Assembly (NCBI GenBank): GCA_951406725.2
Contig: OX597818.1
Coordinates: 76,694,001-76,758,000, forward strand
DNA: 64,000 nucleotides
Reading direction: 5' to 3'
Source: Octopus vulgaris
Taxonomy: Eukaryota
The first letter of the stretch is position 1, and every line of letters starts with the position of its first letter. This document shows, in pieces, positions 27,403 to 40,838 of this stretch. Made by a program: the position numbers and the translations under genes. The notes under the pieces are model-generated. The model saw only the letters and a program-made list of their open reading frames with translations, was not told the origin of the DNA and ran no database searches.

Positions 27403-27495
27403 TCACTACCTAATGCAGCTCCCTGGCTTACCAGTTTTCAGTCAAACCATCCAACCCATACCAGCATGGAAAATGGACGTTAAATGATGATGATG

Positions 27496-27551
<56 letters not shown>

Positions 27552-27642
27552 CACATACATAAATGATCAACTTGCTTGGAAATGGTTGCGTGGCATTCAA
27601 TCAAATAATAATATAAATAATATATATATATATATATACACA

Positions 27643-27970
27643 CACACATGCATATATGGGTACAGGAAGTCACCAACAGTAAACAACATGAAATACAAAA
27701 ACAAATGAGTTCAATACACAAACAACCACAGAATCAAATGGAAAACAGGAGAAGTAACATAAAGAACAACCTTTCATCAGTTATCAGCTGTCTATCTACT
27801 CCTCATTTCAAGCAGGAGTATACAGCTGACAACTGATGAAGGGTCATTCTTTATGTTACTTGTCCTGTTTTCTATTTGTTTCTCTTGTTGTTTGCATATT
27901 GAACTCATTTGTTTTTGTATTTCATGTTGTTTACTGTTAGTGACGTCCTGTACCCATATATGCATATGTG
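27643..27970. repeat. Long fold-back inverted repeat (~160-bp arms, ~10-nt loop)
   Basis: atgcatatatgggtacagg...tactcct [catttcaagc] aggagta...cctgtacccatatatgcat; arms are complementary along their length with scattered mismatches. Confidence 0.9.
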
Positions 27971-28622
27971 TATATCTTCTTTATATAATAAAGCTCAATG
28001 TCTGTGTTTCTGTACATCTATAGGACGAAAGTGAATAGAAGATATGTAAAAACAAAGTATGTGTTCTTATGTAAAATTTTACAAGAAAGACGATGAGCTA
28101 CACAAAATTTACTTTCCATTGCAATTAGGGGGCTTAAAAGGGTGCAAACACCCCCTGTGAAATCTCAAATACCTCCAATTTCAATGAAAATAACAATAGT
28201 TAATGGGTTAGATGGGGTGCTGAAGATGGAGCAATGACTCCTGAAATGTGCATACCTTTACCTATTTTCTGTCATTGATCGCATTGTTTACATAGACATA
28301 TTCATAAACAAAAACATTGTGACTTTTAGTCCTGACTCTAAATTCTATTGAATATCCTTAGAGATAACTTTAAAACAATAAGCACCAACCGATCATGGCC
28401 ATTGCCAACCTCCTCTAGCCCCTGTGCCAGTGGCACGTGAAAAGCACCCACCAGACTCATGGAGTGGTTGGCGTTAGGAAGGGCATCCAGCTGTAAGAAC
28501 ACTGCCAGATCAGACTGGAGCCTGGTGCAGCCTCCTGGATTCCCAGATCCCAGTCGAACTGTCCAACCCATGCAAGCATGGAAAACGGACATTAAATGAT
28601 GATGATTTTGAAATAATATATA

Positions 28623-29881
28623 TTGGGTTGGCAAGAAAGTAATTTTTTAGTGTGAAATAAAAGTCATAATTTTCTTACAATGAATGAACTTTAATCAATT
28701 ATTTTGATTTTGTTTGATGACCTTTTGCCATATTTCTGGCAACTTCCTGATTCTGTACTCATAGAACTTCTGGTCCTTTTCAGCCAGAAAGTGAAGCAAG
28801 TGTGATTTCAGGTCATCATCGTCATTGAAAGTTTTACCATTCAAAGAATTTTGCAAACTTTGAAATAAGTGGTATTCTAATGGTGCAAGGTCAGGGTTAT
28901 ACGGTAGATGCAACATCACTTCCCAACCATGCTCTGATAATTTTTCACAAGTTAGCAAAGGCATTTGTGGTTTAACATTGTCATGGTAGAACACAATTCC
29001 TTTACAACTTACCAATTCTGGCCGTTTTTCTTTGTTTCCTCCAGTTTCATTAGTTGTTTACAGTAAACATCTGAACTGATCGTTTGGCTCCTTGGAGGCA
29101 GCTCAAAATACACAACACTTTTGTAATCCCACCAAATTGACAGGATGACCTTCTTTTGACGCACTTCAGCTTTCTATGTAGTTTGTGCTGGTTCATTACA
29201 CTTGGACCATGATCATTTTCGATTGATGTTTTTGTAGACAATCCATTTTTCCTCACCGATGATTATTCATTTCAAGAAATAGTTGATTTCATTGTGTTTG
29301 AGATGCATATTGCAAATAATGATTTGTATTAATTGAATTTCTTTCAATTTATGTGGAACCCAAATATCAAGCTTCTTAAGGAGCCCAAGACATTTTAAGT
29401 GATTTTCAATTGTTGTGTGTGATACATTTAACCTCTCAGCAATTTCTTGCACGGTTATATGACAATCAGATTCAATTATGACTTTGATTTAGTCATCAAT
29501 AACTTCATTAGGTCGACCAGAACGTTAGTCATCTTTAAGTGAAAAATCTCCAGAATGGAATATTTTAGACCATTTCTGACATGTGTATTCTGTTAAGCAA
29601 TCAACACCATAAATTTCACACATCTCTTTATGAACCTCAGCAGCTTTCTTGCCTTTACAGAAATAAAAAAGCAAAATATTGTGAAAATGTTCATTTTTTT
29701 CACTCCATGTTAAAATTGACACTGAACTAACAGCTGTAAACAAAATTACATGCAATTTACTTCTAAAGTAAGCTAAAAGTAACAGCTATCAAATGTCAAA
29801 AGGAAAAAATCATAATGTTGACAAAAGTCATTCAAAAATCGTAACTCTATTCACGAAAAACAAAATTACTTTCTTGCCAAC

Positions 29882-29885
<4 letters not shown>
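28623..29885 (-). mobile_element. Mariner DNA transposon (mellifera subfamily, Famar1/Ammar1-like), defective
   Basis: Perfect 24-bp TIRs ttgggttggcaagaaagtaatttt / aaaattactttcttgccaacccaa, TA on both sides, 1263 bp, inserted in a TA-rich tract. Confidence 0.94.
28695..29708 (-). pseudogene. Mariner transposase pseudogene
   Basis: ORF pieces EHFHNILLFYFCKGKKAA...SGDFSLKDD, EIAERLNVSHTTIENHLK...DIWVPHKLKE, and GIVFYHDNVKP...LPYNPDLAPLEYHLFQSLQNSLNGKTF. Broken by stops and frameshifts. Confidence 0.92.
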
Positions 29886-29920
<35 letters not shown>

Positions 29921-30138
29921 TCTTTTACTCTTTTACTTGTATCAGTCATTTGACTGCAGCCATGCTGGAGCACTGCCTTTAATCGAGCAACTCGACTCCA
30001 GGACTTATTCTTTTGTAAGCCCAGTACTTATTCTATCGGTCTCTTTTGCCGAACCACTAAGTAACGGGGACATAAACACACCAGCATCGTTTGTCAAGCA
30101 ATGCTAGGGGGACAAACACAGACACACAAACACACACA

Positions 30139-30173
<35 letters not shown>

Positions 30174-30325
30174 GACGGGGCTTCTTTTCAGTTTCCATCT
30201 ACCAAAACCACTCACAAGGCTTTGGTCGGCCCGAGGCTATAGTAGAAGGCACTTGCCCAAGGTGTCATGCAGTGGGACTGAACCCGGAACTATGTGGTTG
30301 GTAAACAAGCTACTTACCACACAGC

Positions 30326-30387
<62 letters not shown>

Positions 30388-30594
30388 CACAAAAAGTTTT
30401 TCATTTTGGCAAAAAAACAGTCATTTTTGTTGGAAGGAATTTAGTCAGTTACATTGATACCAATACTTGGATGATACTTTATTTTATTGAAACCTTAAAG
30501 GATGAATGGCAATGTTGTCTTTGACAAGACTTGAGCTCAGAACAAATACTGCAAAACATTCTATCCATTGCTCTAACAGCTCTGCCTATGCATC

Positions 30595-30962
30595 ATTAAA
30601 TCCATTTTTCATACTTGCACTGTTTGAATGGGTCATTTCCTACACACCATTTCACTATTTATTGCATGCCTTCTATCATCTCTTTTGTGATGTTCAACAT
30701 CCCAAGATCAGGCTTTTACCATTACTGCCCCTGTCTTCTTTGATCTTCCTCTTCCACAACTTTCAACTTTGGATATTCTGGCACTTCTTTATCCATTAGT
30801 TATCCTCTATGTGAAAACAGTCTTCTTTCTTGCACATTACATTTGATTCCTCTTATACCTAGTTTATTTCTCAGCCCATCTATGCCACATCATTCATGCA
30901 AACACTAACATTACATTACGCATACAGAAGAATGTGTTTGCTTCATTTCTCTCCAACTTATC
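30595..30962 (-). mobile_element. Decayed RTE LINE 3' fragment
   Basis: Minus-strand pieces KLERNEA...GLRNKLGIRGIKCNVQERRL...WIKKC...SCGRGRSKKT. Confidence 0.65.
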
Positions 30963-30980
30963 ATGACTTTGTGTGTGTGT

Positions 30981-31017
<37 letters not shown>

Positions 31018-31671
31018 AGGTAAAGTTAATCACCACATCATTGCTTCTTAGTACAGTTACTATTCTGATCTCTTCTTGAAATTTTCCAACTAGCTATTTT
31101 GCTTATATATATATATATATATATATGAGAGATGATTTAATGTCTACTTTGCATATGTCAGGTAAAATTTGTTGAGGCAGATTTTCTGCATTCAGATATT
31201 CTTCCTCTTATCAAGCCTCACCTCTTTCCACATAAGGTAATATTTCCCTTAGTCTGTCAAACAAAAAACAGCTCAATGACTAGGCATGCTTTTGCAGCAG
31301 ATTCCTCTCGGTGGCACAGTTTCTATGGATGGTGACATTATACTAAATGTCAAGACAATGGGAAAGTTCAAACACTCACACAGGCATACATGCATATATC
31401 TATGATAGGCTTCTTACAAATTTTGTAGGCAAACTCCCTTTACAAAGCATTGTTCTCAGCCCAAGGCCTTAGTAGAAGGTACTTGCATACAGTGCTACAC
31501 AGCATTAACCATAAACCATGTGGTTACAAAGTGAACTTCTTGACAGCCATGCACACCCACACTCACACTAGGCTTCTTTCATTTTATATCTACCTAATCA
31601 CTTACAAGCCTTACTTTGGCCTGGGTTACATTAGAAGACACCCGATGTGTCACACAGTGGGATCCATATAT

Positions 31672-31721
<50 letters not shown>

Positions 31722-34700
31722 GTGTGTGTCAAAATTCATAGTGTATAGAGGCCTTAGGTGTGCAGCCAAACCCACATTCTTCTCTACCCCATTTTCTGCA
31801 GTCTGTGTCTCATCTCATGTTTACATATATCACTTCATTTAAAGTGGATATCATCAAAATTAAATTTGGCTACTGTCTAGTCCCTGGTCATCCTTGATTG
31901 AACAAACCCTCCAACCAGCTATAGTGGAGGATATTGTCATTCATCTTCTGTTTTTTCATCACAGTTTGTGTTTTGAGGGCAATCAGCTGTTTGCTATTTC
32001 TAGCAGATTGAGTGAACACATATAGGTTCCCTGTTCGGTTTAAGTTACCAAATTATCAGCGGTCTACAGTCACAGAGTTCAGAACAGCTGATTCAGTCAG
32101 CAAGTCTCACACTAACCTGTGTTGAGTAGGGTGGGGTTATAAAAATCTTGTTCCTCTATTATGGCTCATTAGAATTCATCAAGTTCATATCCAGCTGAGA
32201 CAGAACTTGGAAGGTGTAGTGAGGTATGTGTGTCTATGTGGTGAGAAATTTATGAAGATGGTTAGATAGCATCACAGCTATAACTATGAGGTTAAAATGC
32301 TTGGTTCATAATTACATAGTACTAGGTTTGCTCCTACCATGTGGAGCATCTTGGCCAAGTGTCTTGTAGCATGGCTTCAGGTTGAGTCGAAATTCATAAA
32401 TAAAACTAGCTTTGTGAAAACTATTTGGAAGCCCATCAAGATGGACTACATCTGTTCTCTCATGTGGGGGTGGGGTAAACTTAGTCCCTCTGTTAGTTTA
32501 ATATCCCCACTACCTGGATCTGAGCTACCTTTAATGGAATCTAATCTGTTTGCAAACACTGAAACCAAGATAAATCATGAGTTGCAATTTCTTCCTCTCT
32601 TTCACTGTGACCAGTGTCAAAAATCTTATAAAAGCCAGAACACTGCACCACCATCTATGATTAACCCTTTTGTTAGTATATGCAAATTAATGAAAACACA
32701 GGGTAGTAACGAACTGAAATTTTGAATACATAAGAAACATTAAATTGTGGTATCACATTCTTAAGTTTTAAAGACACATACAAGTGATAACAAAGAAATG
32801 CAAGGAAAGGTGAGACTATGTTGAAAAGGGACTCACCCATCACATCCAAGCAAGGAACTGGACATAAAAATGATGATGGATGACTACATGGTAAGAAGTT
32901 TGCTTCCCAACCACATTGTTCTAGGTTCAGTTCCACTGTGTGTTACCTTGGGGCAAATGTCTTCAGCTATAGCCTCAGGCCAACCAAAGCCTTATGAGTA
33001 GATTTGGTAGATGGAAACTGAAAGAAGACCGTCTTTTATATTATATATATATATATATTTCTTATATGTGTGTGTGTGTGTATACATACAAGTCTATGTG
33101 TGTGTGTGCCTTTGTGTCTGTTTGTTCCTTACCAGCGCTTAACATCTAGCTTTGGTGTGTTTACATCCCATGACCTTGTGGTTTGGCAAAAGAGACCAAT
33201 AGAAAAAGTTCTGGGGTCAATTTGTTCAACTAAAATTCTTCAAAGTAGTGTCCCATCATGGTCACAATCTAATGACTGAAACAAGTAAAAGGTAACGGAA
33301 AGATATGTATATGAGCACAGGCATCGCTGTGTGGTTCAGAACTCCACTTCTTAACCACATGGCTTTGTGTTCAGTCTCACTGCACTACAAAAGGTATTTT
33401 GCTGTTGCCTAAGGCAATAGCAATGCCTTGTGAAAGAATTTGATAGACAGAAACTGAAAGAAGCTCATTGTGTAATAGTGGGTGATATATATTATTACTG
33501 AGGAATTCTAAAGTAGAGGTGATTTGTTAACAGAACATGTCAACAGATGCATTCAAACCATAAGAAGTGCTTCAGTTGCAACATAGCCCAGTGTGGAATT
33601 GTAAACATATACATACACAGTCGTATGTGTGTATGTTTACAAAATTGCACTGAGCTATCTTCGCAGATGGGTGGCAATAGTGGTTTGTTGACATTTCTTG
33701 TCAACAAATAACTTGTTCATTCTGCTTTCATTTTTTTCTGGAATAAAAAAAAAAGAACTCTTTATTTGTAAAATAAGCAATGGTTACCGACTGGAAGAGC
33801 ATCTAGCCCCAAAATCCTACACCCAGTTACTTCTCATATAAGCCATACTGGCATGGGAAAAAAATGAACATTAAACAAAATGAACTAACTGTCAAACAGT
33901 ATATGTTGCTCAACAGAAAACATAGCTGCAGAAGGAGAATATGTTTATTTTGAGCAATTTGTTTAAAATGTTAACCCAAACAACAACCACCCACTAAAAA
34001 AAAAATTTATCTATTCATCTCATTAATCTTTATATAAATTGGCCAATATAAATGTTTGTGGTTGGTTGGTTGGTTGCATAACTTCTGTTTGGTACCTTAC
34101 CATCTATTTTGGTTCTTGTAAATGCATAGTTTTCTGAAAAATGCATTTTTTTTTAATGAAATTTTACTTAGATTTTTGATGGAGTAGATTGTGATAAAAT
34201 TTAGAATAACCTAAATTTATTTAATTCAGCTATACAAATGAGATTCTGTTTTATTTAATTTATTTTAAGGTAAAATATTTTTCTTATGAAAATTAATGCT
34301 CATTCCATTGTTTTGTATAGTCACCAAGAAATTTGATAAGAGTCAAATTGTAATTTTTGTATGCTTGCCATAGTTACTGAGATTTACCCATAAATGATGT
34401 GTCTATAAAATTGTTGATCTAAAAGTTACTGTTACTTGTTATCAGTGATGTAAAAGATATCAATTGTGTTGGGCTTGGTTCCTATTTTACATCAGTAAAC
34501 TAACAAGTTTCCTCAAATTCTGACAACTTCATAGCTATCAGCTGAAAATAGTTTAACATGTCTTGTCACTACATGCCAGTGGTGTCTTGTTGTTTAGCCC
34601 CAAGTCAGTTCTAATCAAGCAGATCATTGAGCCAAGGCATTCCAGTTGTGACTGTCCATTCTGATTAGGACAACATTATCCAATGTGTCTATTTTTTATT

Positions 34701-36086
34701 TAATTGTTAGGTGTGATTTTAGGTGCTATATCTAGCAGCTTAAGTGACCAGGAAAAGCTTCCCCTACACTAGGATTTATTATATAAGTATGAATGGAATA
34801 GGATGTTGGAATGGTCATGCCTTTCCCAAATTAGGATAAATAGCTTCACCTATGAATTGAAACTAGATTGGGATAACCCTTAAAGACAGAGCTTCTAATG
34901 TGATTGCTCACCCTACTAGAAATAACAGCTAAACCTCCCTCAGATCAGACCCAACCCTCTTAGAAAAACACTTGTTGGATAATGTAGTCTTAAACTCCTT
35001 ACTGTGCATAGGGAAAAGACATGATGGCCAAAGCTGGATTATATTTGATCATAGCTCTCTTTGTTCGGATTTGGCCTGGGTCTAAAGAACGGACTGTCTT
35101 GGCTAGTTCTTTATTCTACTTGATGCTTTATTAGTTCTGTTAAGTTAGTTTGGCATCATTCAAACATGAAATCTTCAATTAACAGTGGCAGTATATGATG
35201 GTGATGATGATGATATATAAACAACTGAGAAGAAAATAACTGTGCCACTTAAATAGGCAGCCAACACTTTATAGTGATATTGCAGAGTGTTTTATTTTGT
35301 TTTGTTTTTGGTTTTTATTTTGTTTTCCATGTCACAGGCTCTGCTGTTCTTACTTTCCCACCACCTCCACAATAGCAACAAGTTATGATGCTTATGTTAT
35401 CAATTAGTGTCTTACATTACTACACATATGCAGACACAACACACACACACACACTGCTCTTACCCTGCCATTCTTTTAATCAATATTATCTCAATTTCTC
35501 CTCTTGGATCCCCCCACCCCCACCCCGCCCGTTTCTCACTGTTACCTTGTTATATCAGAGATATCATTTGAATCTTAAGAAAGCATTAAATATATCTTTT
35601 GAAACTATTTGTAAACTTTCACCCAGACAGCCTTGTCTTTGGGTAGAGCCAAGGGGTAGGGTGGGGGTGAAGGAGTAGGAGGGGAGCAGACTATTTCCAA
35701 GATGTTTTCATTCTTTAAACTAAATACAAAAGCTTTAGATACCCCCACCCACCCCTACCCTACCCCCAATGTCCACATTTCTTCTTTCCATAGAAGAAGA
35801 AGAAAACCTAATTTTCTAACTCCAGGATTGACTCTGAACCTTAAACAAATAGAGCAGGTTTCTGTGAAGCACCCCCTACCAAGGTCATAGAATAAAATAG
35901 CCTGCAATGCAGATTCTTCTTTATACAACCTGTCCCCTCTACAGTGTACACTATAACTCTTGGTATTCACTCTTCTCTGTCTTCCATTATGCCTTCATAA
36001 GCTAACTTCCCCTCTTCTCTCTCTCTCTCCATCTGTATCCTTATAGTCATTATTTACCAGATGAAACTTCAAATTTTCTTTTGTGT

Positions 36087-36117
<31 letters not shown>

Positions 36118-37386
36118 CTGTTTATGTTGTTCACCCCACCCCCCATCGTGTTAGTGTGGGTAGAATGGATCTACTAGTTCAAATATTTGCTTTTGTTGTT
36201 GAAACAGCTGTTTTATAAACTGACTGTTTTTCTGAAAAATGAGTACAGATGGTCAAGTCATTAGAGAAGGTCAACATGTCTACCAACAGTAGGTCAGTGG
36301 TTCAATACTTGCTGTACCCTACTTTACAAATACTCTTAACTTCCTGAAATAATGGGATTACATGATGTAGGAACCAAGTTTCCCTGAAATGACACTGTAC
36401 TCTGTAAAATAAAGAAGGATACTTTGGACAATGTATTACCTGATATTCAAAAATTGGTGAAGTGGTCATGGTTGGAAGACCTTTCTCAAAAGTTTACTCA
36501 ATCAGATTTGATCTGGAGTTAAGCAACTTTCTCAACAACTTGTTGTAAGTACCATAATTAACTCCTATTCTGGGTTCATATGTTTACAATAGAATGGACT
36601 CTTAAAGAAGGTGGTGGTGGTGGTAGCATTGTCATTGTTGTTGTGGCAATGGATTGAGTCTACCTCCTATAAAAACTTAAATTTTCTTCTTTTTTGGGCA
36701 GTTCAGGTCTCTTTATTGGACAGTGGTTGAATCCAGCTTAAGCAAGCATATATATCCATATATTATGTGTAAGCATTCTCTCAATTTCCTGTAATTCAGA
36801 CCACCTAATGATCCCAGCAGACAAAATGGAAAAAGTGTTATTTCAGAGGATGGCAAGGGAGATGTGCTGGAACACCCACTCTGACTTATGAGGTTCACAT
36901 TTGCAGATAGCCATCTCCACCTTAATAATGGTGAACAGGGATATGCTTCAGGGACCAAGAATGCCAGAAGTGTTTCCACTGCCACAGGCTTTTCCATAAA
37001 ACTGGACTTCTGATGAAGTCTGAACAATGTTCATTTGGCTTTTGGCCCTGTCTGAAGAACCTCAAAATGCTGTGGCCCCTTTTCAGCTGTCCTTCAAATT
37101 TAATAATTCAAAATATCCCTCCTTCAGAAATAAGAAACATGTCAAATACAAGCCATCATTGAAACTGTTACTATAGTTCTTACACCTTAAGAAGCTATTT
37201 TATCTGCTATGCCAAGAACAATTGTTCTCAAAATACATTCAGAAATCATGGAAATGGTTAAATATAAATCTAGATAGTATTCCATAGTATTTTTTGCTTT
37301 CATTAATAGAAGTAACTACATTGTGAAAGAACCATTCTAGCCACTTGAGATAGTTCCTGGTTCTATGATACAATTTTTCTTTTTAA

Positions 37387-37606
37387 CCCTTTAGCATACA
37401 AATTACTCTGTTAAATTTAATGTTTATTTATTCACATTATTTTGAATTAATCAGGTATTATCTTGTAGCTTTGATATTTTGATTATGTGATTGTTTAATT
37501 TCAGAATGATATTATGAGATAGGAATGAGAGATCTGATCTGGCCAGTTTGAGCATAAAACAGTTAGTAGATTTTGGTCAAACATGGCCAGTTTAACTGCT
37601 AAAGGG
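37387..37606. mobile_element. piggyBac-type MITE family A nested inside a family-B MITE
   Basis: TTAA|CCCTTTAGCAT...GCTAAAGGG|TTAT. The flanks join to reconstitute the element seen at 1536-1750. Confidence 0.75.
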
Positions 37607-38393
37607 TTATAGGATCTAAATTAGAACCTTCCATCAAAAATTCCATGTTAATTTATATTACAAACGCCAATTTAATAATGATAACTATTTCGATTTTACT
37701 AGTTCCTTTTTTTTTTTTATTTACATAATTTCTATGGCTTGGCTGTTATCAGAATTGACTGGTGTAATTCTCTATAATTCAAATGTAGAGCTCTGATCAA
37801 TGTAGCCAACACTGACACAATACTTAAAAGGGTTTAGTATTTTGCTAAAAACAAATCATTATTTGCTCCATAAACAACAGCTGTTTCATTCTTTTATTTT
37901 CATACTTGCTTCAGTTATTGAACTATGATCATGCTAGGGCATTGCCTAGCAGGGCTTAATGAAACAAATTACCCCTGTACTTGTTTTAAGTCTTGTACTT
38001 ATTTTATCACTCACTTTTTGTTGAACCACTAAGTTACTGAGATCTACACAAACTGACATGAATCATCAAGTTTAGGTGGGACACAAGCACAAAGACATAC
38101 ATACACACACACAGTATGAGCCTGATTTTGCAAAACACTGGAGAATATTGATCAGCAGCTAGAACTTTTAGTACATGATGCACACAAACCAAACAATACA
38201 TACCTATCTATATGCCATTGGAGAAGCAACACAAAATCCAACTGAGGCTAAAAACAAACTTCTAACAGTGTCAGGGAATTTTTAGTACAGGAGGGGGAAA
38301 ACAGAAAGGTTTTTTTTATAGACATATTTTATTAATCTTTATACAAAACATCTGTTTAAAAAGCCAATCTGCAAAGGGAGCTTAAGAGTAATG

Positions 38394-38564
38394 CTTTAGC
38401 AATTTAACTGACCATATCCGGCCTCTCACACCTACCCTACAATATCATTCTAAAAATAAACAATCAAGCCAATGAAATTGCAAAGCTGTGAGAAAAAAGC
38501 ATGATTAACTAAAAACAATATAAATAAATATTACATTTGACCAAATAATTTGAATGCTTAAGGG
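38394..38564. mobile_element. piggyBac-type MITE family A, reverse orientation, internally deleted
   Basis: ctttagcaatttaactgaccatatccggcctctcacacctaccctacaat...gaatgcttaaggg|ttaa. Lacks the segment between the two ccatatccggcc-like repeats of full copies. Confidence 0.7.
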
Positions 38565-40547
38565 TTAAAGACCTTACACAATTAGTGTCTACACATCACA
38601 CACTTTCATGCATACACACATAACATGCTTCCACATTGTTTCTGGCCACCAAATACACTCACAAAGCTATGGTCAGTCTGGAGCTATAAAACAAAAGACA
38701 CTTGCCCATGAAACCATACAGTTGTGGAACAAACTTCTTAACCACCCAGCTATGCCTGCTCCTACAGACATTTTTAAATATAACAAGTTGGTTAAGTTTG
38801 TAAACTTAGTTTTATTTACTAAATAACTATGTTCTAGCTTCTTCAGTTCACAGTAACTGCTTTAAACCAGTTCTACCTGCTCCATCTCCCAATTCCCATT
38901 GCTTCTCCATGCCACTGCACATCTTTTCTGCTTTTCTTTCCTTTAAGCTAACACTTACATCACTAGCCGTGTTCTCAGTTCGTTTCAGTTTGGTGTATTT
39001 CCATTTTTATCTCAATCCTCCTCTTCTCTGCTGCACCCCTCCCCACCATCACCACCAACTCCTTCCACTACTACTGCAACTCATTCTACTGCCAGTCTCA
39101 CTGAAGTGTACTGAGGTGTACTTGTTCTTCATTTACATAACAGGGTTAATACATCTCAATTAATATTGAATTAAATGTTCACCGTATTAGGACAATGATG
39201 ATGGTGATGCTGGTGGTGGTGATGATGATGATGATGACTTTGGATGGGTGATGATGATTGTAACCTGACTGATTGAAAAGTATATGATGATAATAATGGT
39301 GGTGGTGGTAGTAACTCGGTGAATGAAGTGATGACGACAATGCTGGTGGTGGTGACGACAGGTTGTGTGAAGTATATTATGATGATGATGATAGTGACAA
39401 AGACTACACAGATTGAATGAAGTCTATAATGCTGATATTGATGATCATGATGATAATGTTGATGTTCAGATACAGATTGAATGAAGTCATTGGTGTGTAT
39501 GTATGTGTGTGTTTGTGTATTCACTATCTATTCAGTAATGTTGTTAATAGATATTGAGTATTCATTGAACGAGCTGTTTGATGTTTGTTGGTCCTGCTTT
39601 CAAGGAAACGGTCCACAGTATTTGTTCATTGAAAGTGGAGGCATTTTTGATACATTGAATCAAATGTTTGATGTGTGTTCAATACACATTCAATCAACTG
39701 ATTGATGTGTGGTGTGTCGGTCGCCGTTGTTAAAAAAAAAAAGAACCAACAAAACAACAACAAATAAACAAAAACCAAATCCCTGCATCTTGTAAAACTG
39801 AACAACCATTGACATGTGGTGACTAGATAGTTAATGCTGGCTGTTCTCATTTGCTGCCTTCATAATGAGTGACTATAAAATGATAAGATGATGAGGCGGG
39901 TGGGTGGGATTGTTACAAGTGGGTGGGTTGTATTGATGTTAGGATTAAAGTTGATGTCCACCACCATCAGGAATCGCATTTTGGCAGCTGCTGTAATCTC
40001 TTCACACACACGCGTTATCAAGCTAATATGTTTATACATTTCAAAAGCTGCCAAATGTTGTTAAATCGCAGGAAAATAAATAAATAAATGAATAAAAAAT
40101 ATATATATAAATCAAACACTGTCTCTTCCACATAACAAATGTTCAACTATTGTAAAAAAAATATCGCGACAAAAAACACCCACAGAACGCCAATATTCTA
40201 GCTTTTTTTTCTTTTTGCGTGTTAGTTTCTTTTTAATAACTATCAGCCACGGCCGTCGCCACCACCACCACCTATTGTAGTATTTGCCGCTTGCAGTATT
40301 TTCTTTCATTGTCTTGTAACGTTCTTCATTTTGTCATCGCTTTTCATCTTTTGTCTGTTATCCTACTTAGTATTTTATTTTCCTCTCTTTACATAAGAAT
40401 GTGTGTGTTTCAAAGAAAGAAATGGACAAACTCCATCGCATATTCTTTTATTCTTCCACAGGCTTTATAGGTGCAGGTGTGTCTATGTGGTTAAAAAAAA
40501 ATTGCTTCTCAACGATGTGGTTTTGGGTTTAGCTCCTCTGTATGGCA

Positions 40548-40838
40548 CAGTGATTGCAAACATGGGCATACACCCCACGGGTATTCCTGGCAAAATTGAG
40601 CCATAGTCGCCAGACACAAGATTCTCATTAAAGTGATTCTTTTTTTTCTTTTTTTAGTCAATAATGTACTTTTTTTGTACTCAGTACTTAATAAAAGAGT
40701 TATTAATAGATTATTTTCTGTTGAATAATCATGATAAAATATTAAAAATAGTTATTTTATTGTAGCCATTGCTGAGACATACATTTTTCTGGGAAGTTAT
40801 AGTGGGGCTTGGGGGAAAAATAGGTTGGGAAATATTTG
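40548..40838. mobile_element. Probable hAT-type MITE interrupting a SINE head
   Basis: SINE sequence ...tgtatggca is split from cattgggcaa...ccaaagccttgtgag by a ~290-bp insert starting CAGTGATTGCAAAC and ending ggttgggaaatatttg. TIR and 8-bp TSD are degenerate. Confidence 0.4.

Noticed and set aside
27770-27850. CTGATGA in both arms of the fold-back as a hammerhead core
   Set aside because: I could not find a closing stem II followed by GAAA in the correct arrangement.
36700-37090. GC-richer stretch with a 104-aa ORF as an exon or LINE piece
   Set aside because: No motif I can recognise in any frame and no convincing splice pair; left unassigned.
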